Assembly: GCA_051362555.1 (NCBI GenBank)
Contig: CM120640.1
Location: 5,890,001 to 5,954,000, forward strand
Direction: 5' to 3'
DNA from: Lingula anatina
Taxonomy: Eukaryota > Animalia > Brachiopoda
DNA length: 64,000 nt
This document shows, piece by piece, positions 26,792 through 39,400 of this stretch. The position numbers and the translations under genes were made by a program. Positions within the stretch are counted from its first letter, which is position 1; the number at the start of each line of letters is the position of its first letter. The notes beneath the pieces are model-generated. The model saw nothing but the letters and a program-made list of their open reading frames with translations. It searched no databases and had not been told where the DNA came from.

Positions 26792-29700
26792 TCCTATTAC
26801 TCAATAGTTTGCATTGACATAAAGATATCACTGTAAAGGTTCACAACCTGTTTTATGTACAACATGTATTAATAAACGATCGTAAATCAAACTGTCTGGG
26901 GTCTCAATGTCAGAGCAAAGTGTTCGACGTCAAATTTGTTTTCCCGTTCGGTGCGCTGTTCTTTCTTTCACTTGAGCTGGATCTTATACTGGTACTGCCG
27001 GTTCTCAACTCAAACGTTATGCCGCGGGTGAACGATTTTTTCTGGCAACAAAACACTGTAACGAAAGTCTTGCGATACTGTCTGTTTGTTGCGGCGTACA
27101 GGAAGAAATTAGCGGCGTAGTTACACACAAGAAAGAGATCCGCAATAACTCTTAGGATGCGGAACGACAGACTTGGCTCCACTTCGCTCCTTCCCTTAGA
27201 CCAGTTGAAAGTATACCAGACGAACGAGGGCACCATGCAGATGAGAAACCAGATGTTAATGGACACTAACATTATGGTTATGCGTCGTTGCGTGTCAGCT
27301 CGTGACGGCATAAAGTTCTCGCGCTCTACCATGGATTGAACCTCTCTTTCTCGTCTGCTCAGTGCAATAATGAGAACAACAGAGAGAATAAGACATACCA
27401 TCCAGGGAATGATAATGTTAAGAGCAAGTTTCACATTATAGTAGATCACTGCAAAGGACGTGCTTTTGTGTAATTCTGTATGCTCCGCTCTGGTCCCGTT
27501 GGCATCTTGGACAATTGTGACAGTTGCGAAATCCGGGGCATTCAGTGCCAGGGACAATGTGTAAGCCAAAGCGATCATTATGATTGCTCGCTGTGTCGTG
27601 CAAAATCCAGACGCTTTCATGGGCCAACACACGGCTATGTACCTGTAGAATGCGACTGCCATGACCAACCAATTGGAAACTGTCAAGAATACGTTTGCCA
27701 TCATAAACCACGTATAGTAGTAAAGCTGCCAGAACAGAGACTGCCCCGCGACCTCTTCATATTCGGTGATGGGTTTCTCATGCGTTGATTTAAAATGCAC
27801 GTAATACATGCAGACAATCAACAGCATCATTATATCGGCGATCGATAGGGCAATCAGGAAAAGATTGGTAGACGTGCGCATGTTTGGTCTCGAGAGCACG
27901 ATTAAGTTGGCGACGTTTGTTGTCATGCCGACCACACAAATCAACGGAAACACGATTCCTTGAATGACAAAAACAAATCTTGTAAAAGCACTGTCTGAAG
28001 TAGAATTCCCGCTGTCCTGTGAGTCCACCTGGACGATGTCTTCTGTACTTTGTGTTTCTCTCAGTTGTCGCACAATTGTTCCATTCATCGGGACAGCCAT
28101 GCCGTAAATAGTTGCAGATTTATTGAATGCGTCCTGCGCATGATTGAGCATGCCTGGTGTCTCGCCCGTGTTCTTGGAAACAGTTTCTTTGGCTGTCGAT
28201 GAAACCAGGAGCATTATAAGCAATTTCAACTTGAAGGTCATAGGCATTATGGAACTGAAATTACAAATGATTTTCTGATGATGAAAATGGCATTTGAAAT
28301 CGGAAAAGCGGCGTTAAACGTAAATGATAAGCCTTGGTACGTTGAGCAATGCCAGCTAAACCATAGTTGTTCCGTTATGGTATACTTACCAAGACAGATA
28401 GTAAGCCTTATACCACACAGCCCCCCGGTGTTCACAAAATGCTAGCCCCAGGCTGACAACTTTTGAAATGGGTCTACAAAATTTTCAAAACATTTCGGCG
28501 TCTGTTTAGAGTCTTACATGCAGCCCTGCGGTCCTTCAAATTTTACACTTAGCATGCCAGCACTAAAGAGCTTCAAATTGGTAAATATCTGAAGCTCACT
28601 AAAATTGTAAGCCTTCAAAAATAGGATAGCCCCCGGAAAATTATATTAGGCGCACAAGTTTATCGTCGGAAAATTACACTTCAGGGTGGTTTTCAGTTGA
28701 TGAATTTCGGCGTGGATTCTGGCTCCCTAGACAATATCCAATTCATTCCTACACAGTTGCATACACTACTTCCTGTAGAGACTGATAAAACAGGTTATAA
28801 GAATGCTAAAACTACAATTTTAGAATACTATATATAAAAACTTATTACATTACTGATTACTTTCATGAAGTCGAATCGGGTAGCTCAAAGTGCATGTGAT
28901 TAGTACGACTTGTATCTTGTTTTCTTAAAAATAAACACATCAATCCCCAAACCACTTGTTTCGTCAATCACCTACTAGGGCGCTCATACTCAAAGACACA
29001 TTCTAATTAAATCTTACCCATAACCAATTATTGGCCTTCACATAAAACGTTCAGATAATATTTCAAACCTACAGTGATGTCATAGATGCACAGACTTCAA
29101 CTATACACCTTGTCAACACTGACTCTATATAATAAGTTGAATGTTTATCTAACCGGTGGTAGATTTATTTAGTGTGACAAGGCATCACTCAAGGTCTTCC
29201 TTAGAACTGAATTTTCAGAAACGTATACAGAACTAATAAGAGCTTAATCTCTCTTGCTGAGAAACCCCAGTTTCCTTTTCATATCTATCTGTTCAAGGGA
29301 TTGGGAAAAGGTAGGCGGCAACGCTCGTAATTGGGATAAATTTGATTTCTCGCTGGGCACTTACACAGGTAACACGCTACGATGCTATAGAATCACGTCT
29401 TTAGTATTCCAGGAAAATTTCGTAATGTTCTTACCTGACGTAAAAACTCATTTACCAGTTGGTTTTCTCTCAGTGGGACATTTACATGGATTCAAAAGCT
29501 GGATACCCAAGTAGATGCTTACCTAAGGAGGCAGTACATTTGTCTTCAAAGTAGGCGTTCCGTACAAAAGAAATCGGGTTATTTCTGCGAGGTATTTCTC
29601 ACGTATACCAAATCGTTGTTTATTCACAAGCACAACTGCTACATACTGATCCCACTTTGAAATAAATATAATGGGAATTGTAAGCTTTAACCCATTATTT

Positions 29701-32700
29701 AAGAAAAAATAATGAAACTCTCTATCGTTTGAAAGATATGTTTATCTGCCTTATTTATCTGCCTAAATAATACTCACAAGTCACAGTCCAGTGTGTCCAT
29801 GGTTTAAGCACTTTTTTCGCAAGTCAATAATTCAGTGTCCCCATTTATAAAACCTTTTTTAACATTCACCTATACATGTATCTCCCTGAATGATGATCTG
29901 TCCGAGGTTAAAGTGGCATAAGATAAAATGGCCATGTGGTAAATGTATTGAAGCATAATTATATTTTTCATTCTAGGGTAACATGATAGTTCAGTTTCAT
30001 ACAGAAAATTGAAACTTACAATCAAAGGGTGCAATATCTCATCGATTGATGCTGGAAACAATTTCTCTTTTGCCATGCTTGCATGCAAAGTTCACTTTAA
30101 GCTACACTTACCAGCCTCTCTCCATTGAAAAATGCGACCTTTAAACGATGTCTAACATTACGATCTGAAATATTCCGCTGTTATTTAAAAACCGTATTAA
30201 GGCATGAAGCCCTGCCTGTCTTTGTTTATGTGTCAACCTCCGTGACATATTCCCATTAAGCACAACTTTTTTGCTAGTCCAACAGATTGACAGAAGTTCA
30301 ACGAACGAGATTGGCCTGTCGTTCTTTACATATGTACATTTTCTTTAGAATCTTACACCAGATGAGTACTTGCCTTGTGTTAACTCTCCGTTTTGCAAAT
30401 CCCACTATCATTTTACACAGAATAATCAATAGGAAAATCACGAAATGAAGAGCACTCACGATTCAGAGAACAAATAAAGAACCTATTTTATACCAGGTGA
30501 AAGACGTGAAACGCGACCCAGAATTTTGCAACTCGTCATACGTAATGACTGACAGGAGCCAATTTCAAGACGATGTCAAATGTCTGTCACAACGGTAAGG
30601 CAGAATCCATAAAACGAAAGTGGCTATGTCGTCATTCTCGCCCAAAGCCATCAAAGAGCCGTGGCTTGGTTGCCTTATCAGGTTTCTTCTAATATAACAG
30701 ATGGCCTTTTCGCTCTCATGAGAACACTGGCAACAAGGTTAGCAAAAGCAACAGGCGTTAAAACAAACTGATAAAAACTCACAGAAAATAAATAATAGGT
30801 TTGGGAGGTCACGAGCACTCTTACTTGGGCCAAATGTTAAATTTCCAAGCAACCCAGAACAAGGTGAGGATCTGAATGGTGAGGCGCCAGTGCAAGGTTA
30901 CCCTGTAAAGTATAATTGTTAAAACGTGTCTTTAAGCACGCATATTTGCCTTGTGCTGTGATAAACTTTTCAAACTCCAATATGCTCTTGTCACTTTCAG
31001 TTAAGGTGATTTTGATATACGTTCATGAATGTGTGTTGTGATGCTGTAAGGGGTGCTGGGGAGGGTCGAAGTCCAGTAATCTTTTTGTATGTATTTCAAA
31101 GATGTGCTTTTAGTCAGCGGACGGTCATATCTAAGCTATTTGTGCAATTTCTGAAAATTTTCGGTTTAGTTTTGGTCCTCACTTTGGAATACGTGTAGAT
31201 AAAATAAAATATCAGAAAACCCAATGCGATTATTAAAATACGTCTGAGCGGGCAATCTGTCGTCGCTGAACGAATTTAATTAAATTGGACGCCTTTTTTA
31301 TTTTCCAAAGATCGATTTCATTAGCAAAAGCAACACACAGTAGTTATATCATATACAAAGACGACTTTTTTGATGGATTGCGGGAATAAAAGTCTAGGGA
31401 GCCAGAGACTTTTCTTTGCGCGATAACTTGTATTCTCTACCACAGCATCTTTATCAATATAAATAAGCCCTATATTTTAATATAGCACCGATTTTGTCAT
31501 GAATTATCTCTTAAGACGCTGTCAAACCTAGCGTATAGCAAGTACGTATGAGAAAAAAATGTCCATACGTAGACAAGCACAAAGGCTCCCTTAGACTTAC
31601 GTCGCATACCCCTGTACGACTCGAGTACGCAGGCGAACGTTGGGAAGGAGTTCAAAATTTGTTTTGAACATGTTCAAAAACAATTTCATACGCTGCTTGT
31701 CTTCATTTTAATACGATGGAAACACGTTTTTTTGCTCAAAGCTGTGAGTACAAACGATTTTACATACGATAATCATGCGTACCTCTTTACGCTAGGTGTG
31801 ACAGAGCTTTTACAATCTAGTCTAATTGTTCAATTATTTGAATATAAAAGTTGAATTTTGCCGAAATTTTACAGGACAATTGCCCACTTCATTATAACCC
31901 TGGACAAGAGGAGACACACGACAAAGACAACAAGGGTGATCCTTGTGACAACTGCCCGCTAACAGCTAACACGGACCAAGGGGATGCAGACAAGGATGGG
32001 CAAGGAGACGCATGTGATCCGGATGCTGACAACGACGGTAGGTTTCAATCTGCATGGGGCTTTTACGCAAATAAACACGCACATGCACGCACGCACGCAC
32101 ACACTGTTATGTCAGTATTATTATTGGGGATTTGTATCCGATTCCTCGAAAAGGTTTAGGCCTGTGTTGAACATAAACCTGTCCATAAAGCTCGATGCAG
32201 ATTTTTGGAAAAGAGTGCTTTCATTCACGCTCAGTGAGTCGGTCTTGTCTTTACTAGCAAAAGATTGATTTATACTGTAGATCCTTAAGATAAACAGCTT
32301 TTTCTAGTCGACCTATGGCATATATAAATTCGGGCTTAATTCCGTTTTATCACATTTACTCACCTTTGCTAAGTTGGACGCCAGAATATGGACAGTCTCG
32401 GTGACCGTGTTCGAAAATATGCTCGTTTTAAGTGAAGCAGCTAGCGAAAAGATCCGCCACGAGGGTCAAGTATAAGGATTCCTCAAAGAGCAACACTTTA
32501 CAGGTCTCCTACGTTATCTCACACAGTTTTCTTTATACCATTAGATTGATATGAACATAGATGTTTAAGTAGATTAGTATCAACGTGCACTAAAAAAAGA
32601 GCAAAAACGAACAAAAACACCCGCTAGATATGAGAACTCGATGTGAAAATGTAAGTCAAATCCTTTGCGATTTAACAAGATTCCCGGTAAATGTATTTGA

Positions 32701-35700
32701 TGTAATTGCTTACATTATCTGATCATGCTCTTAACCATAAGTATTGCCTCTGTCGTCAATTCAAAAATTCACTGCAGCAGAATCCATTATTTTACATATA
32801 TACGTATGTCGTACTGTAACAGCCATATATAGCGCCAAAATTCTAAGGTAATCATTGTGTGAACATTAAATAAAACAGTAAGATAATTTGACACGTTTTT
32901 CATCTTATCCCATTTTGTCTATTTTCAACGTTAACTTCACTATAAATGATCTGAACTTAACAGAGGCACTGTGTGAAGTACGTTAAATTGACCAAACTTA
33001 CGTAGTTAGCTGAGCAGACTGATCTTATCCTGCTTTCTTCCCGTGGCTGTGCTCTGATGACATCAACTGATAGAAGATCCCCAGTGATCCTCTCTTTTAT
33101 AAGCGATTGGCACCCAAGCGTTATCAATCCTAGCTTATAGCAGGTAGCGCAGAGTTCTGATCGCTTGCGTCGGAAGTTCCTGCGACGCAGAGAGACGCGT
33201 AAATGCAAGGTGTTTCATCAACCAGTTTGTCTTCACAGTAATAAACTACTCGCAAAGCCCGCGTTAATAGTCCTGGCTGCTTATAAATCGAAGATTGTTG
33301 ATAGCACACGGGTCCAAGATGATTTGTCATCTTGACACTTGCACAAGTCGAAGGTCTTATGTTCATGGGCCATATCTCCACCGGCTTTAAATGAAGTGTC
33401 TGCACGGGCCAGCGATACCAAGACCCCTTTCTGAGAAGGTCTGGTATCACACGGGACATCCCACCTATCTCAGATAAATGTATGTCCTGTTTTGACATTT
33501 TACCTAGAGTTAGTGCAGGCATGGACAACGTGGATTTGGCCTAAATGCCTATTTGCTGGAAGAGAATGTCCTCTGATAGGCGCCCCCATGTGCCCGTGGA
33601 GTTTGCCAGCGTTTTCGATCATGAGCGAGAATGAGTTATCATTGCTAGAAAATTTGACAAGTGTGTAATTATTTCTTCAGTTGAGTGACGATGTTTATCC
33701 AGTCGTAAACACATACCCCTGTGCTGTCACTAAAACAGTTGGCTTCGATTTCAGTGGATGTTTCTGTTGCCATGGACGCTTTGTACCGGATTGTGTCCTC
33801 TCCGGAACGCGGGGTAATTTTTAAACAATTTGAATGAACTTAACTGTGTTACTTCTGTATATCCAGGTCAAGCTTAAATCATAATAACATTCTCTCTCTT
33901 AAAACCAGGCGACCACGAAGAAACTGTATACAAATGACCAAAACCAAACCATTATAAATGGGGATGTCTTCATTTTATCATCTCTCTGATTTCACTTTCA
34001 CGCCTTTTGATCACATTTCCACCCCCTTAAACTCTTTTCTTTCACAAATAGATAGACCAGATATTCGCATATTCATAAGGGTCTTAAACGGTTAGACCTT
34101 TGCAAAATAATTTTTAGTTACCATGTGCATACGAGGTGCCAAAGACTAAAAAAACGTCTTAACAAATTTAGAAAACTTAGTTGTTTAATGTTAAGAATGC
34201 ATATTTCTCTTTTTAAAGTTCAGTGTATTTAATTCATTTATTTATTTATTTTATCATTTGGTGATACCTCCTGATCACCTGTGTCTAGCCATGTCGTCAT
34301 TGTCGTTTTCTGACAAATTTGTTCACCCTGCCAAACCGTTTTTTTGTTTTATGTCATATTTACTGGGTGGCTGCGTTGGGAAAAGATTTAGTTAAAGTAC
34401 GCAAATCGGCCGTTTTTTCAATCGTTCCTTCTCTGACTGCCAAAGCATATTTCAATTTCTATGCGTTTTGTTTTAAATTCACTGAGAGGTTTTGTTTGGT
34501 AAACTGCAAGTGAAGTTCGAATAGCCGCATGATCGGACGTGAAGTTAAAAGCCCAAAGTTGCTCTCACTATTTGAGTAGATCAATATTTTGTATTGGAGT
34601 AATATGCAAACTAACCGAGACTTGTTTTGGAAGGTGGGTTTACACATCACCATATTTATACTGAAGTAGACCAAATTTACAATGTTTACTAGAATGTGCA
34701 TGTTGCATAAAGATAGGGTAACCTGAATTAGGCCTACCGTTTGTTTTATTGTCTGTACATTTGCTGACATTGCTTTTAAGGTAACTCTTAGGACCAAATA
34801 ATCAGTTGAGGGAAACAAACTTTTCTTAAAGAGAAACACGTGGAATTGCCCCATTCATCAACATTTGCGGCTGATTATTTTATTATTCCCAAGTGTCGCC
34901 TCATATTGCTGATCTGCATACCAGTCATTACATTAAAAAATACTCAATTAGGCCTAAATCACGACGCGTGCTGTTAAATTAAAGAACATGTTACTAACAG
35001 AGAGGGTTAACATGGTCTCTTTTTTTCATCAAGGTATCCCTAATGAACCAGATAACTGTTGGCTGACTCCCAACACTGACCAAGTGGACACTGACGGTGA
35101 TGGTATCGGGGACGCTTGTGATAACTGCCCAACGGTCAAAAACCCAGAACAGGTAGGTCTGCCGTCATAATCACGACCCCTTCCAAATGGGGACCTCAGT
35201 TGCTGATTTGATTCGAGACTGACGTCATGGGAAGAAGACTAAGGTAGAGTCCCCACACCTCGCCCCAACCCCACTCTCCACCGAAGCCGATATTTTTTTT
35301 TATGTCTATTTTTTTTTTAATGTCTACCCCTCTTCCGACTCAAAAACAACAACCTGTGCGGCTGCAATGTCAAATCGGATGCAACGTGTTATTTCTAGAA
35401 TAACGTCTGGAAACGAATCTAATGTAGGCCTACTGTTGTCTGCTGGGATGATCAAGATGAGTCAACAGAACACTTACATTAGAAGTCAGCTAGAATAAGT
35501 CGTTGTGGTTTTACACAGTACATGCTAGGTGGAATGTACTACTGAAACCTGGTACATAATTTTACACATGGGCTGCCTTTTACGTCTTCCAAATAACAAA
35601 AATTTAAGCAAGATCAATAATGACAGGACCTGACGGCCTTTCTTCCGCTGATATAACAACGAGCACCGCTATGTCGTGATCTTCAGTGCTTAGGGCCTAT

Positions 35701-36356
35701 ATCTAACGTCCGGGTTTTTTTTTTTTTTTTTTTTTTTTTTGCTTCGAAGTGTCGAAATGTTTAGCATGGTTTACATTTTAATCCATGTATATTATTTGAG
35801 GAGCATACGCAATAATATATCTTATGTCAATTGAATGAACTGACTGCGTGAAACACGCCTAAAAAGCAGTATCCTCTTTTGCCTAATTGAGAAGAGGCGT
35901 CATATCAAACCACCCTAAATTCAAATTACTTTTAAAACCTACTTTTATCACCTGCTAAACAAGCGAAAAATTGCAAAAATAAACATCAACCACTATGCTA
36001 AACCTAGAATTAGAGATAGAATAGCGCACATCGAAAGCCAGTCATTTTGTCATGCGATAACTGGTACGGACGTGTGTTTAATACAATTTTGACAAGTGTG
36101 TTAAAAATAATATTAAATTTTTCCGCCAGTTACGTCTCAATTTTTCTACCTTCCAGAAAGACAAGGACAGCGACCAGGTGGGCGATGCCTGCGACAACAA
36201 TGAGGACAGGTGAGCTGTTTAGTTATGTACATTGTGGGAAATAATCAAACAAACAAACAAACAAAAAAAAAACATTCCAAATAATTTTAAAAAATTTGTT
36301 CATTACTGAACCATGAAGATGGTATATCTGGCACTAAATTTCAAGAACTGATACCA

Positions 36357-36413
<57 letters not shown>

Positions 36414-39400
36414 CTATTTTAGTAACGCCTTTGCATATTCCAAATGGCATTTAGTATGTAAACCCCCTAATATTTACATCATATTTGACTTTTACCGCGA
36501 ATTTTTAACAGGGACCGGGACGGCATTCAAGATAGCAATGACAACTGCCCCGACGTGCCAAACGCAGATCAAACAGATTCTGATAAAGATGGAATAGGTA
36601 AACGAGCTGAGATACAGAAAATTTCGAAATTTCACTTTAGCATCACTCTATTGTACATGATAGCTAGTCACAGTTTAGAAGAATGTAGTGGAAACATAAG
36701 TTTCAATCTCACAAATGGCTGTGTCTGTTCGTTTGAGGTTTGGGGAAATCTATCTCAATCTTTGGAATCTCAAGAGAAATTTATAAGAATTCACATATGG
36801 AATTATGCAAGAGAAATGGTATAGTAGCGAAAGTAGAAAAAGATTTATGAAACAAAGGAAATATATATGACATTTATGAGAATAAATAGTCTTACAATAC
36901 TCTCATAAAGCTGAATTCGAAATAGCATTGCCAAAAATTGCGCAATAATTTAAAAGTTAATTCTGAAATTTGGCTGAAAAAAAAAGGCGAACATGACTGT
37001 TGCTGGGAACATGATATCTTGACCAGTAATGAAAAAAAGATAAAAAATGTATTGTATAATTTCAGAATTAGTACTTCAGATACAGCTATAGGCTACTTAG
37101 TGTCTAAAATGTTATTAAACAGAGTCGGTCTTACCACATTTATGAACGTTTTGTAGGCTTCCCGGTCATTCAAATTGACGTCAATCTCTTCTATTTCCTA
37201 GCCTGAGATGAAATCACGCTGTTATGAAATCGTACAAATGGCGCGTGTTTACAACTTGTTTTCTGTTTTTCTTCAGGTGACATATGTGATGATGATGATG
37301 ATAATGACGGCGTCCCTGATGTGGAAGACAACTGTCGACTGACCCCCAACCCCGACCAGCTTGATGAAGTAGAAGGTGAGTGTCTGAGGGTGGACGCCTG
37401 TCTGTGCTTTTCCTTTGATTGTGGTGTTTGCGTGTGCGCTTTACGGCTATTTTATCCAATTTTAAATCCAATTATGGGCTATTTTGAGCCCACGTGTAGA
37501 TATGTTGACTTTAGTGAACAAGAGAAATACATTGTAGATATCGCATAAGAAGAACAGAAAAATTTAGAATATTTGCCTCCCACACTATTCTTGCCAGTAA
37601 CTGACGTATGTCAAAGATATGATAAAGCAAGTATTAATCGTTCAGCATACCAACGATCATCTGTATACTCGCAGAGCACTATCTGTTCGAAGCAGACAGT
37701 TTCATTCAACTTACCTGAGCAATTATGCAGCAGAGTACTGGTACTTGTTGTAATACCTGACAACGTTACCGACTTATAAGATACCCCCAGTCTTAGAGCA
37801 CCAGTAATAAACACGTTTGCCGCTGAACCTGAATAGGAGCATTCAGTGTTACCTGTTCTACCAGGATCTTCGTAGTTTTAATATATTACGATGTGGAATT
37901 CACACACTCCGTAGGTTCTCATTTTCTGAATCAATCATGCGCTAACCTTTAATGAAGAAATAATCATCATATTTTCTGAAAATGTTAAGTGTTTTTTTCA
38001 CCTTGCAAGGCTTCTCCAGCTTGCTTTTCCTTCGTTAAGAAATGCCGTCATTTACTACTTTTCGCCACGCTCAGCAACGTACTACGGATCAATGAACGTA
38101 TTGCTAATTAGTTAATGTAACAAGGTCGGTCGATTGGCGCGTGGTTACTGACCTCCAAATAATTCAGGTTATCTTTGGGGAAAATGTAATTGATAACAGT
38201 GGTTTAGTTGTGTTTTATGCGTGCAATCTGCAGGATTCTTGACGCTTAGAAATACCGTTTAACCAAGCTGTTCCATGACGTCACCAAGCAAGGTGTTTTA
38301 TTTTGTCAAAGCCCACTCCACTCCTCCCCCCCCCCCCCCCCCCCACCTACTGCCCAACTATCAAAAATATCAGTGCAGTAGTTCACGCATAAAGGTTACT
38401 ATCCCTCAGAAGCATGTGATAATTTTGTATTGTTTGAAAATAGTCACATATCCAATTTGCTGTTGAGGGATAAAGCGTCTATTTCATCAGAGTGAAGGGA
38501 GAGAAGGGCGTAGTCGGTTTTCAGGATAGGTGAATAATGAGCTGTTCTGTTTAAAGAAATAAAAAATGTCAGTAAAAGTTTGCTCCCATTGACTCAACTT
38601 ATATCGCGTGTTATTAATTGAGAAAAGAGCATGTCTGCAAGAAATTGGCATGCCATGTTTTAATGACCACGGTTAAAAGCTTGCGCTAAGTAGCATAGTC
38701 CCGAGACAAGGTGTTTAATTGGAATGATTATGACAGCCTGCGTAGTACACTTCGCTATCAGCCAGTGTACAGTTCAATATATATTGGGAGGGAGCCTTTC
38801 TATGCGTACATGTGTTTCAATCATTTGTATTATGGCATGCCTATTTCTTGTAGATATGCACTTTTCTAAACTAATCACCCTTTTGTGTTATTGTTTAGGT
38901 CCCTTGCAATGTTACAAAACATGCCACTGCTACCAACTTTAGACAGCGTGGTTAGGACTTATTGCCTAACTTTCTCTCAGTGACAAACGTGCACAGCACA
39001 ACGTACTACCATGCTATGTTTATCCAACTCCCAACAGTGTGCTTCACCGGGGGAAAAAAGACACACAGAATTACAAAAAAAGTGTCCTATAAGAAATACA
39101 ACCCAACGCCCCTTTCCCACGTGCATCACGGTAAAAACTCTTGATTTGACATTTACAGTATTCGACACATTTGCGACACGTTACATGCAGTTACTGTCTA
39201 CCAGAGGCCAGCTGGGTAATGACGTCATTTCTGACATGCTGTAAAATATCTGATAATACAAAATAGTGTAAAGAATTAGCCAGAAAAAAATATCCATGAA
39301 TATTTGTGAAAGCAGTCTCGCTGTGGTCTTGGTAGAGGGTGACATGTATAATTCATAGGGGTCTTTGAGGTCCGCTTACACATGGATTGGTTACTGCAAA

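Noticed and set aside
33130-33528. 132-aa minus-strand ORF in a thrombospondin intron
   Set aside because: No recognisable motifs and a non-ATG start. It lies upstream of the putative GPCR promoter and is more likely regulatory DNA.
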